A stretch of DNA of 34,314 nt from Verrucomicrobiota bacterium (GTDB taxonomy: Bacteria > Verrucomicrobiota > Kiritimatiellia > Kiritimatiellales > Pontiellaceae), in the NCBI GenBank assembly GCA_039715135.1, contig JBDLHZ010000001.1, positions 1-34,314 of the forward strand. Reading direction: 5' to 3'. The notes under the pieces were generated by a model. That model had not been told where the DNA came from. It saw only the letters and a list, made by a program, of their open reading frames with translations, and did no database searches. The position numbers and the translations under genes are program-made. Positions 1 through 8,695 of the stretch are shown here, piece by piece; within the stretch, counting starts at the first letter, position 1, and every line of letters begins with the position of its first letter.

Positions 1-9
1 AGCGTGGGC

Positions 10-45
10 AAAAAAGCCCCCCTCGCCAAGAACGCCGAGAGGGGC
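10..45 (-). terminator. Intrinsic terminator downstream of the PEP-CTERM gene
   Basis: Minus-strand stem GCCCCTCTCG / CGAGGGGGGC (10 bp, one G-U pair), followed by T6 (A6 at 10-15), 28 nt after the stop at 74. Confidence 0.8.
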
Positions 46-73
46 GAGATAAACCGATCAAAGGATATATTAA

Positions 74-721
74 CTAGACATCGTCAAACTTGCGGCGGAT
101 GAACAATAAACCTGCACCAACCATGGAAACCAAACCGATCGTGGCTGGTTCCGGGATCGCATGTACAGCATATCCCGCAAGCTGGCCATTCTCAGTACCA
201 GTAGAAGCATACGCAATATCAAGGGTATCACCCGCAGCGACAAACTCGTAGGTCACCAAGTCTATACCTTTAACACCATCTACGGTGTTTATCCAGTTTC
301 CAGTACCGGGAGCAGTACCCAGAAGGTTAACCTTAGTGTCCTGCCAACCCCAGCGCTCACCAGCGAGAACCTGCACACGGTATTCCTGACCTACTGTCAA
401 ACCTGTAATCGTCGTAGCCGTTGCTTCACCCCAGTTTTTTGCAACCTGAGTATTAACCAGGAGGTTGATGTTTTCGTCTGTACCGCCGTAATCAGTTGCA
501 GCAGCCCAACCAGCGGCCGCAGTTTCGGGTGCGAAGGCAATACCACCGACAGTAACTGCAACAGCATTGTCATTATAGTTTCCAGCCTGTACAAGCGTAC
601 CTTCGTTTTTCAACAAGGCACCCAGGTTGTCAATGGCGATGTTCGCATCGTGAGAGACCAGCGCAGCACCCGCTGCACCAGCTACCATCGCGATGGTAAG
701 CATAGTAATATTTTTCTTCAT
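74..721 (-). CDS. PEP-CTERM sorting-domain surface protein
   Basis: Start at ATG 721 with AAGGAG upstream; signal peptide MKKNITMLTIAMVAGAAGA; C-terminal IPEPAT, hydrophobic helix, then RRK. Confidence 0.93.
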   Translation of the reverse strand: MKKNITMLTIAMVAGAAGAALVSHDANIAIDNLGALLKNEGTLVQAGNYNDNAVAVTVGGIAFAPETAAAGWAAATDYGGTDENINLLVNTQVAKNWGEATATTITGLTVGQEYRVQVLAGERWGWQDTKVNLLGTAPGTGNWINTVDGVKGIDLVTYEFVAAGDTLDIAYASTGTENGQLAGYAVHAIPEPATIGLVSMVGAGLLFIRRKFDDV

Positions 722-794
722 TCTATTTCTCCTTTTGTTTCGGGTTATGCCCCTGCCACCGCAGCAGGGACAAATCATTTATTAGCGATTAGGA

Positions 795-1976
795 TTACGG
801 ATTGTAGTCCGGGTGGCCAATGTTCATGCGGATAAATGCCGTATCGGAAACCACACCATTGGTATCCGCCATGCGGAAGATGTTGGTGACGGCATTGTAG
901 CCGGGACCGAAGCCCTCGGATTCGCTGGGTTGCCAGTTCCATAGGTAGTCTCCAGCTTCATTGGCATCCCAGGTGACCTGGCGTTCCCAGCTGCCGCCAA
1001 CCAAGTCCTCGGTTCTATCTAATGAATACTGGATACCCGCCGCCGTGGTGATGCGCGGAGTCACATAGACAAATTCGTTGGTTCCGTCTGCGCCCATATC
1101 CATGACGAAGACATGCCCTGCATACCCGGTATCGTTGGGATCCTTCGGATCACCGCCAATGGCCCATTCGGTAAAGTTGTCGAGACCGTCTGCATCGTCA
1201 TGGGCCGTGCGATCATAACTTGAAAGACCGGCGCTATCCACATACTCGGCCCAGGGATTGCTGGCATCCACCTGTACCCAGTCCACCCATGACTGATAGT
1301 TGGACGAGTTGTTGCCGCTTCCGAAGTTACGCTGGAATCTGAGAATGACGGATTGGCCAATCGCATTCGTATCGGATCCGGTAAGGGCTCCGCCATTGGC
1401 GCTTGCCGTGACTTCCACCCAATTCGTAGCAGACAGTTCGGGGCCTGCTCCTGCCACGGAAACGAAATTGCTGGTAGTTGGATCCATATAACCCACAGCC
1501 AAATTGACTGATCCTGTCGCGGTATTATCCGCTACGGTCCACTCATTGGTTGTTTCATTCTTCAGCATAGCCCGGAAGCTGACCGTGAAATTGGTGTTCA
1601 CATCATAGACCGAATCGATGTTAACGAACGCTTCACGGCTTCCCCAGTTCTGCCAGACACCAACCTTAAGCGCCGTGCCCGCGGAAGAATCCGCCGGACA
1701 CTGGTTGATAAACCCATTCCCTCCAGTTGCATTGGTCGCGCTCAGCATGGAGACCCATGCTGAACCTCTGTACCAACTCCTAGGATTATCGACAACAGGG
1801 TGGATCAGTGCCCAAACCCTCAGCGGAACGTATTTATCCACCAAAGTCGTATAGTTAGTACCTCCCGGCACCAGATAGGTATCAAAATCATCGAAAAACA
1901 CAGTGCTTGCGGCTTGCGCCGCGCCGGACAACAATGCCGCCACGATGGTTAAACTCAGTAGTTTTTTCATTTTCAT
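795..1976 (-). CDS. Secreted beta-rich (CBM/lectin-like) protein with a C-terminal DxDG..E...GGDP domain
   Basis: Signal peptide MKMKKLLSLTIVAALLSGAAQA (ATG 1976 or 1970) after a purine-rich SD; Trp/Thr/Asn-rich; DDADGLDNFTEWAIGGDP motif. Function is inference. Confidence 0.75.
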   Translation of the reverse strand: MKMKKLLSLTIVAALLSGAAQAASTVFFDDFDTYLVPGGTNYTTLVDKYVPLRVWALIHPVVDNPRSWYRGSAWVSMLSATNATGGNGFINQCPADSSAGTALKVGVWQNWGSREAFVNIDSVYDVNTNFTVSFRAMLKNETTNEWTVADNTATGSVNLAVGYMDPTTSNFVSVAGAGPELSATNWVEVTASANGGALTGSDTNAIGQSVILRFQRNFGSGNNSSNYQSWVDWVQVDASNPWAEYVDSAGLSSYDRTAHDDADGLDNFTEWAIGGDPKDPNDTGYAGHVFVMDMGADGTNEFVYVTPRITTAAGIQYSLDRTEDLVGGSWERQVTWDANEAGDYLWNWQPSESEGFGPGYNAVTNIFRMADTNGVVSDTAFIRMNIGHPDYNP

Positions 1977-2300
1977 TCCCTCTCTTCTCCTTGTTGGGGT
2001 TAAGCCGATTTTGGCCATCTACTCCACGATATCTATATGGACCTTCCCAAGCGTCTATATGGATAACGTATTTTCATTATTACTGCAAGGTAAATATGCA
2101 ATTTATTTTTTCAGCCAAAAATGCCCTTCCCTCTACCAACATTGAGAGCTGTTTTTTACTTTCACTCCCTCTCCCTACTCTTTGCTGGTTAGGCCGATTA
2201 GCCATCATATTTCCCCCACTTGCCTACACGAATATTCCCTAAGCGTCTATATGGATAACGCATATTCATTATTACTGCAAGGTAAATATGCAATTATATT
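1961..2300. repeat. Tandem ~190-bp duplication of the promoter/leader of the 795-1976 gene
   Basis: 55-bp core at 2049-2103 and 2241-2295 with 2 mismatches; weaker similarity extends over the SD/start region (1961-2018 versus 2151-2206). Confidence 0.9.
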
Positions 2301-2380
2301 TTGGCGTTTTCCCCTTTGTTTTTGGCTTTTTTTGCACATAAGCATATTTTTTTTTGTCTTAATGCACCACAGCGAGGGTG

Positions 2381-2485
2381 CTAAGCCTCCATGGTACCCT
2401 GGTAGCCTCGGAGGAATACGGCGGTGACATGGTGCCAGCGGCCGTCGCGCGTGAACTGCTGAACAAATGCTTCGGTATTGGGCAT
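2381..2485 (-). pseudogene. 34-aa remnant ORF, possibly an ECF sigma N-terminus fused to a LamG-like fragment
   Basis: AGAGGA 6 nt before ATG; MPNTEAFVQQFTR-DGRWHHVTAVF-LRGYQGTMEA*. DGxWHHV is a LamG/ConA-type motif. Confidence 0.45.
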
Positions 2486-2517
2486 GATCTATCCTCTATC
2501 CTTCGACCCGCGAGCAT

Positions 2518-3963
2518 CTACTTTTCCCACGGGGCGCGAACCGGGCATTTCATATTGGAATCCGGCGCGCGGAATACCCACGGCTTCCATTTTTCCCGTA
2601 GTGCCTGCCACTCTTCAAGGGTTCTGGTCGGATAACCGGCCGGCCAGCCGCCCTTGCGGAACTGCTCGGACACGCCTTGGTCATCGATCGACTTGCGCCA
2701 GCGGTTTAGCTCGGCCAGCAGCTTGGCCTTGGTTTCCGCCAGCTTCGGATCGTCGGCAAGGTTTTGGGTTTCGTGGGGATCCTTTTCGAGGTCGTACAGT
2801 TCGAACTCGGGCTTGGATTTCGCGAAGAAGGCATCCTGCACGGGATCGAGTTTGCCTTGCAGGTGGAAAACGCTCATCTCTGCGAGCGCGGGATAGCGCG
2901 ACTCCTTGTATGCGTTGAATTGCAGCCACGGGCGTTCGGGCATGAGGTTGTGGATCAGCTTGTATTTTTTCGAGCGCACCATGCGCATGGCATCGTGGGT
3001 GTCGTCCATCTTGTCGCGCGCGGCAAAGACATATTCGCGCTGCTTGATTTCTTCCCCAAACAAATCCTTGCCGTGCAGTGGGTGCGGCGGTTCGATGCCC
3101 GCCACCTTGAGGATGGTGGCGGTGATGTCGATCGTCTGCACCAGCTCGTCGCGCACCTGCCCCGGTTTGACTTCACCCGGCCAGCGCACGATCAGCGGCA
3201 CGTGCAGACCGGGGTCGTAGAGAAACTGCTTGCCCCGAAAATGGCAGCGGCCATTGTCGCCGATCAGGAAAACCAGCGTATTGTCCGCCAAGCCCTCGTC
3301 ATCGAGCCGCCTAAGGATTTCGCCCACCTCGCGGTCGCAGATCTGCATCTGCTCCAAGCCGTTCGCCCAGTCGCGGCGCACGAAGGGGGTGTCGGCATAG
3401 TATGGCGGGATCTCGACGTCGTCCGGATCGATGGGCCGCTTGGTGTCGCGCTTCCATTTGCGGTGTGTGCCGTCGAAGGTAATCTGCGCAAAGAAGGGCT
3501 GTCCATCGGCACGCCCGCTCCAGTCCTTGCCTTCGAACCCGAGATCCACCTTGAAATTGCAGTCGGTCTTCGTGTTGTTCATCAGGCAGGTATGGTAGCC
3601 CGCCTCCTTCAGCAGCACCGGCAGCGGCTTGATACCGTGAGGCAACGGTTTCTTTTTCCTGTTCTTGGTACGGTGCTGGTGCGCGCCGATATAGTTTTGG
3701 TGGAATCCGGTCATCATGGCCGACCGCGACGGCGAACAGACGGGCGCGGTGCAGAAGGCGTTTTCGTAGCGGATCCCTTCGGCGGCCAGCGTGTCGCACA
3801 CCGGGGTATGGATGCCCTTGGTGCCATGGCACGAAAGATCGGTACTCCAATCCTCCAGCATCATCCAGACAATGTTTGGCCTGTTTTCCGGTTTTTTCGC
3901 AACCGCCATGCCGACCGACAAGACAGTCATACCCAACATCATTATGTATTTTGAATATCGCAT
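2518..3963 (-). CDS. Sulfatase (S1, sulfamidase/SGSH-like), exported
   Basis: Signal peptide; PNIVWMMLED; CSPSRSAMMTG signature; GDNG, ARDKMD and ELYDLEKDPHE motifs. Confidence 0.93.
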   Translation of the reverse strand: MRYSKYIMMLGMTVLSVGMAVAKKPENRPNIVWMMLEDWSTDLSCHGTKGIHTPVCDTLAAEGIRYENAFCTAPVCSPSRSAMMTGFHQNYIGAHQHRTKNRKKKPLPHGIKPLPVLLKEAGYHTCLMNNTKTDCNFKVDLGFEGKDWSGRADGQPFFAQITFDGTHRKWKRDTKRPIDPDDVEIPPYYADTPFVRRDWANGLEQMQICDREVGEILRRLDDEGLADNTLVFLIGDNGRCHFRGKQFLYDPGLHVPLIVRWPGEVKPGQVRDELVQTIDITATILKVAGIEPPHPLHGKDLFGEEIKQREYVFAARDKMDDTHDAMRMVRSKKYKLIHNLMPERPWLQFNAYKESRYPALAEMSVFHLQGKLDPVQDAFFAKSKPEFELYDLEKDPHETQNLADDPKLAETKAKLLAELNRWRKSIDDQGVSEQFRKGGWPAGYPTRTLEEWQALREKWKPWVFRAPDSNMKCPVRAPWEK

Positions 3964-3997
3964 CTCTTCAACTTAGCTTCATGCCCCATTTTGGGAA

Positions 3998-4077
3998 CGC
4001 TTTCCCCTTCGGGGTGAAGCGTTGCTACACAAAAATTGCACCTGGTGTAGTGCCGCTTCACCCCGAAGGGGAAAGCG
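3998..4077. repeat. Inverted doublet of GTAG-type REP palindromes (REPIN-like)
   Basis: Perfect 24-bp inverted repeat CGCTTTCCCCTTCGGGGTGAAGCG (3998-4021) and its reverse complement (4054-4077). Each unit reads GTGTAG-NNN-CGCTTCACCCC-GAA-GGGGAAAGCG. Confidence 0.82.
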
Positions 4078-4124
4078 GCCTTTCAAGCGTTTTCCGTTTT
4101 CGCCCCGGAAATGGGTCACAAACC

Positions 4125-6911
4125 TCAATTCAGCCGCACCCGGACCACCATGGAATCCTCCAGGGTAGGCGTTGCCCAGAGGGTGCTGGTTCCCGGAGAG
4201 GATGTCGCCGGAATATCCGCCTCCACCACTTGCCAGTCATTCGATGCATCAAGCTGCTCGATGTCGAAAGTCAACCCCGACAGCGATGGCCAGCTCAAGA
4301 GAAAATGCTCCGACCAAACCTGATACTGGATGGTGAAAGCGCTGCCGGAATCGAGCGGATCGAGCCCGAGGCGCAGCTCGGCGCCGTCCGGCGTCCGGTC
4401 GTCGTCCGTATCCTCGTCGTCGGCATCCGTTTCTCCGGGATCCACCAGTCCGTTGCCGTTCACATCCTCGTCGTTGTCCATGATGCCGTCCGCGTCGATA
4501 TCAACACCCGGCGTCATGGGCGTGGCCAACGGGTCTTCGCTACTGTCGGCGCTGAAGACCGGCCACTGTGCGCCGGCTTCGTCAAGCTGCCGCGCCATTT
4601 CCCGCGACATGGCCATGACGCGGTTGGTCTCCACGGAAGCAAGGTCGTTGGTTTCGCCGATGTCGTCGGAAAGGTTGTAGAGCTCGTAGCTGTCGAGGTG
4701 GTATTGGTAGATCAGTTTCCACGGTCCTTCGCGATAGACGGTAAAGTAGTCGCCGCCCTCGTGGTCGTGCGGAAAGTGGACGAGCAGATCCTGCGTACGG
4801 TGGGTGCCGGGCGTTTGCGCAAAGTACGGCAGCAACGTGGTGCCATCCACGGAGTGCCCGAAGGCAACGCCGGCCGCCTCCAAAAGGGTCGGGTAGAGAT
4901 CGAATATGGTCACGATGTCGTCCTCCACCGCATTCGTCGCGACCGGACTTGCAATCTGGAAATCGTTGAGGTCGTCCGGGTTTGCCCATGCCGCAATCAT
5001 CGGAACGCGGATGCCGCCCTCGTAGGCACTGCCCTTCTGGTCCCGCAGCGGGGTGTTGATTTCATCGTCGGGGATGGTGTTCTTGTCGTAATTGACGCCG
5101 CCGTTGTCCGACATGAACACCACCAGCGTGTCTTCGGCCACCCCGAGGGCATCAAGCTGCGCAAGGATATCGCCGAGCGATTTGTCCATGCCCTCGATCA
5201 TCGTCGCAAAGTACAGTTCATTGCCGGAAAGCGTTGGGTAGTTGCTCGAAAAGCGCGGATCCTCCTGGAACGGACCGTGAACGGCATAGTGCGACAGGTA
5301 GGCGAAGAACGGAACATCATCCGCCACGGCATTGGATATGGCGCCGTTCATTTCCAGTGTCAATGCCTCCGTCAGGTGCGTTCCGGTGTTGTGGTATTCC
5401 TCGAGTCCGGGCACCCCGTTGTCCCCTGTATATTGGCCATAGTCGCCGGAGTATGATCCCGGCGAACCGGTCTCGCGCCCGGCTATGTTGATGTCGAACC
5501 CGATGTTCGACGGGTCGCGGGCATAGGTGGTCGAACCAAAGTGACCCTTGCCGGCATGGATGGTCCGGTAGCCCGCATCGGCCAGCAACGACGGCAGGGT
5601 GATTTCCGACGCAGGCAGCCCCCTTACCAACCAATCCAAGGGGGAGTTGTGGGTTGCTATCTGGGTCTTGCTGCCATCAACACCGGTGCTGGTTGTCCAT
5701 TGCGTCACATGGTGCCGCGCGGAGTTTTTCCCGGTCATCAGGCATACCCGGCTTGGACTGCAAACCGGCATGGCATAGGCATCGGTAAACTTCATTCCAC
5801 GATCCGCCAGGGTTTCCATGTTCGGTGTCCGGTAGCGATCATTGAGCGGCGTTGTGACGGGGTCGCCCATCGAATCGTAGTAGAACGGCTCGGAGGTATG
5901 CTGCCAGCCCATGTCGTCGACCAGAAACATCAGGATATTGGGTCGCGGCGGACCAACGCCAACCCGCATCGATGCCGTGGCGACCCCGGCATGGTTGCTG
6001 GCCACCAGCACATAGTCTTCCGTCGCATTCGCCACCACCGGAACACTTCCGGTCGAGGCGACGCTTCCGATCCCTTGGTCGATGGAGACGGACGTTGCAC
6101 CGGCCACCTGCCAGCTTAAGGTTACGGTTGTGCCGGTCGAAACATAGTGGTCGGAAGCGGAAAACAGTTCGATCACGGGTTCCTCTCCGTGGTGGTAGGA
6201 TTCGATCACCAAGGCGTTAATGGTGGAATAGTCGGCGGCGCCCGTGTTTCCCGTCAGGGTGAAGGTGGAGGCAGTCAGGTTGCTGAAGACCACATAATTC
6301 CCTCCTTCGGAAAGGGTGCCGGAAAAGGTTCCGCGGTCTTCGATGCGCAGCGTCGTTCCGCCGATGGTGTAGTCCATGTCGCGACTGGTGACATCGGCAT
6401 CCCCATAGACGACGACATCGTAACCCGCGGAGGCGAAAGTTGGCGGCAGGTTTGAAATCGTCAGGAAGTCCGCATCCTGGAAGCCATACCAGGCCTTGAA
6501 GGCGACCGAGTCCTTGGTCGCCAAGGCGGCGGCGGTTGTGCCCCCTGCCCCCGCAGAACACGATATCGAGGCTCCGCAGGCGCTTCCATCTGCGAGGAAC
6601 AGGCCGATGTCCGAAAAGGTCAAACCATAGGTGGTTATCCAGCTTACAGAACCCTGCTTGCTGAAGTTGTTCCACCTTTCCACCCCCGTATCAACGAACA
6701 TGCCCGGCGTGGCCGGTGCAACGAGGGGATCCATTTGGTCGCGATAGCGGTCCGTCCGTTGATGCATGGCAATATTGATCTTGGCGGCACGGGCGGACCA
6801 CGGAAGCACCATGGCAACCGCCAATGCAGTCAGCAAAAAAACCGGTGTAGGACGTGCCTCTCCGAGAGGAGGGCGCGTATTCCTCGAAATGAACCATGAA
6901 TCTTTTTTCAT
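4125..6911 (-). CDS. Multidomain exported sulfatase (N-terminal beta/Ig-like domains, S1 domain, Asp-rich Ca-binding repeats, C-terminal domain)
   Basis: PNILMFLVDDMG, CSPSRVCLMTG, GKGHFG, SDNGG; TTVTLSWQV Ig-like segment; DIDADGIMDNDEDVNGNG TSP3-like repeats. Confidence 0.92.
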   Translation of the reverse strand: MKKDSWFISRNTRPPLGEARPTPVFLLTALAVAMVLPWSARAAKINIAMHQRTDRYRDQMDPLVAPATPGMFVDTGVERWNNFSKQGSVSWITTYGLTFSDIGLFLADGSACGASISCSAGAGGTTAAALATKDSVAFKAWYGFQDADFLTISNLPPTFASAGYDVVVYGDADVTSRDMDYTIGGTTLRIEDRGTFSGTLSEGGNYVVFSNLTASTFTLTGNTGAADYSTINALVIESYHHGEEPVIELFSASDHYVSTGTTVTLSWQVAGATSVSIDQGIGSVASTGSVPVVANATEDYVLVASNHAGVATASMRVGVGPPRPNILMFLVDDMGWQHTSEPFYYDSMGDPVTTPLNDRYRTPNMETLADRGMKFTDAYAMPVCSPSRVCLMTGKNSARHHVTQWTTSTGVDGSKTQIATHNSPLDWLVRGLPASEITLPSLLADAGYRTIHAGKGHFGSTTYARDPSNIGFDINIAGRETGSPGSYSGDYGQYTGDNGVPGLEEYHNTGTHLTEALTLEMNGAISNAVADDVPFFAYLSHYAVHGPFQEDPRFSSNYPTLSGNELYFATMIEGMDKSLGDILAQLDALGVAEDTLVVFMSDNGGVNYDKNTIPDDEINTPLRDQKGSAYEGGIRVPMIAAWANPDDLNDFQIASPVATNAVEDDIVTIFDLYPTLLEAAGVAFGHSVDGTTLLPYFAQTPGTHRTQDLLVHFPHDHEGGDYFTVYREGPWKLIYQYHLDSYELYNLSDDIGETNDLASVETNRVMAMSREMARQLDEAGAQWPVFSADSSEDPLATPMTPGVDIDADGIMDNDEDVNGNGLVDPGETDADDEDTDDDRTPDGAELRLGLDPLDSGSAFTIQYQVWSEHFLLSWPSLSGLTFDIEQLDASNDWQVVEADIPATSSPGTSTLWATPTLEDSMVVRVRLN
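6847..6878 (+). repeat. Single GTAG-type REP-like palindrome within the 5' end of the 928-aa sulfatase gene
   Basis: GTAG-G-ACGTGCCTCTCC-GAGA-GGAGGGCGCGT: 11-bp stem with one bulge and one G-T pair; preceded by GT, as in the 3998-4077 units. Confidence 0.55.
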
Positions 6912-6915
6912 GACC

Positions 6916-8577
6916 CTACCCCTCCATCATGGCCTTCCATTTTGCAACATCCCACGCGGCCGGTTTGGGGAAGGCTTTCGATTCGCTCTTCCAGATAGCC
7001 TTGAGCTCCTCCACCTTTTCGGGGAGCTCGTCCGCGAGGTTGTTTTGCTCGCCGGGATCCTTGAGATAGTCGTACAGCTCATGGCGGGCGGGGATTCCGC
7101 CTTTTGCATCCCGGTAGAGATTGGGAATGGTTTCGGTGACATAGCGCAGGACATAGCGGTCGTCGACCACCACATAGCCCGATGGTTCCTTTTCACGCCC
7201 GACCATGTGGCCGAAGAACGAGGTTTCAATCATGAAGGCCCAGGAGCGGGCGTGGATCCCGCCCATGACCAGATGGTCGTGAACCGGCGCTTCGTCGCCC
7301 TGCAGGATTTTGGGAAGCAGCGATTTTCCGTCGATCCCCTCCGGCACCTTTCCGCCGGCGGCATCGATGAGGGTCGGCATGATGTCCAGCGTGGAGACCA
7401 GTTGATCCTTCGCCGACGGCTTCTTGATTTTTCCGGGCCAATGGAAGAAGAGCGGCACGCGGAACCCGCCCTGGAGCAGCATGGCCTTGTGCCCGGCATA
7501 GGGGGCGTTGCCCGGCAGGCAGGACTTGGTGCCGACCGCACCGCCATGGTCGGAGGTAAAGACAAAGATTGTATTGTCCGCCTGCCCTTTCCCGGCGAGG
7601 AACTCCTCGATCCGCTTCATGTTTTCGTCAACGCCGAAGACGTGGGCATAGAAGTTGTCCAGCTTGAAAAAGCCGGTATCGAAGCGGTTGAAATATTTTG
7701 CGGGTGCCTTGGGATCGAGCGGGGCGTGGACGGCGTGGTAGTGCAGCTGCACAAAGAAAGGCTTGCCCTCGTCCAGGTTCTTCCCCATGAAAGCCAGCGC
7801 CTTGTCCGTAAATACATCGGTGTTGTAGTCCTTGATGATACCCGCCGGGGAATGGTTCTCCCATACGTTGCTGGCCTTGTAGAACGGGCTCTCCCACTGG
7901 TTGTAGCCGAAGTAGTAGTCGAACCCGTTGTTCAGCGGATGGTCCCTTGGAATGACGGATCCCTCGAACCCGTCCTGCTTCAACTCCTTCCTGATTTCGG
8001 GATATTTTTTCCCCAGCGTCCAATAGGTGAGATCCTCCCCATCCTTGACGCCGTGCTTTTCCAGATAGCGCCGGGCCATGTCGGCGTCGCGCGAACCCAT
8101 GTGCCACTTCCCGATGTGGGCCGTCGCATAGCCGCGCTCCTGCAGTTTTTCGGCAAGGTGGGAGTGCGGCTTGAAACCGTGCTCCTCGGTATCGATGTTG
8201 CGGTAGATGCCCCAGCGGTTTTGCAGGATGCCCGTCGCCACGCCAATGCGCGAAGGCGCGCAGATATTGCTGCTGGCGATGGCATTGTTGAAGCGCACGC
8301 CCTCGTCCGCCATCCGGCTGAGTGTCGGGGAGGCCTTCTTCATCATCGCAAACGCCTGTTCAGGTGTGTAGTCCGCCTTCCGGGCCACATGGTCCAGCAA
8401 CTTCGGATCGCAATCCTCCACGCCCAGCCCGCGGGCATAGGCTTCAATCTGGGAATAGCCCAGGTCGTCGAGCATGATGAAAACCACATTTGGTTTCGAC
8501 ACTCCGGCCACTGCCCATCCCGTGATGAGCAACGCAACACATGCAAACATCGGTTTGATTCCGCTTTTTCCGGTCAT
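6916..8577 (-). CDS. Sulfatase (S1, YdeN-like), exported
   Basis: PNVVFIMLDDLGY followed by a YdeN-like insertion ending KASPTLSRMADEGVRF; CAPSR; GKWH; SDHGG; AGGAG SD. Confidence 0.92.
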   Translation of the reverse strand: MTGKSGIKPMFACVALLITGWAVAGVSKPNVVFIMLDDLGYSQIEAYARGLGVEDCDPKLLDHVARKADYTPEQAFAMMKKASPTLSRMADEGVRFNNAIASSNICAPSRIGVATGILQNRWGIYRNIDTEEHGFKPHSHLAEKLQERGYATAHIGKWHMGSRDADMARRYLEKHGVKDGEDLTYWTLGKKYPEIRKELKQDGFEGSVIPRDHPLNNGFDYYFGYNQWESPFYKASNVWENHSPAGIIKDYNTDVFTDKALAFMGKNLDEGKPFFVQLHYHAVHAPLDPKAPAKYFNRFDTGFFKLDNFYAHVFGVDENMKRIEEFLAGKGQADNTIFVFTSDHGGAVGTKSCLPGNAPYAGHKAMLLQGGFRVPLFFHWPGKIKKPSAKDQLVSTLDIMPTLIDAAGGKVPEGIDGKSLLPKILQGDEAPVHDHLVMGGIHARSWAFMIETSFFGHMVGREKEPSGYVVVDDRYVLRYVTETIPNLYRDAKGGIPARHELYDYLKDPGEQNNLADELPEKVEELKAIWKSESKAFPKPAAWDVAKWKAMMEG

Positions 8578-8603
8578 GGCTCTTTCTCCTGAGAATTTGT
8601 TTT

Positions 8604-8676
8604 AACCACGAAATACACCAAATACACGAAATGTCTCCTGAGTTTCTCTTTCGTGTGATTCGTGTTTTTCGGGGTT
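8604..8676. repeat. Inverted-repeat element with 28-bp arms built from 9-bp units (copy 1)
   Basis: AACCACGAAATACACCAAATACACGAAA (8604-8631), 17-bp spacer, TTTCGTGTGATTCGTGTTTTTCGGGGTT (8649-8676). Confidence 0.88.
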
Positions 8677-8695
8677 CCCTTCCCTATTGGTTGCG

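Noticed and set aside
8585-8642. TCTCCTGAG repeated at 8585-8593 and 8634-8642 as a target-site duplication
   Set aside because: One copy is inside the element spacer rather than flanking it, and copy 2 has no equivalent; the sequence is SD-like and may recur by chance.
8604-8676. CRISPR interpretation of the 28-bp repeats with variable spacers
   Set aside because: The arms are inverted pairs rather than a direct-repeat array, and no cas genes are present.
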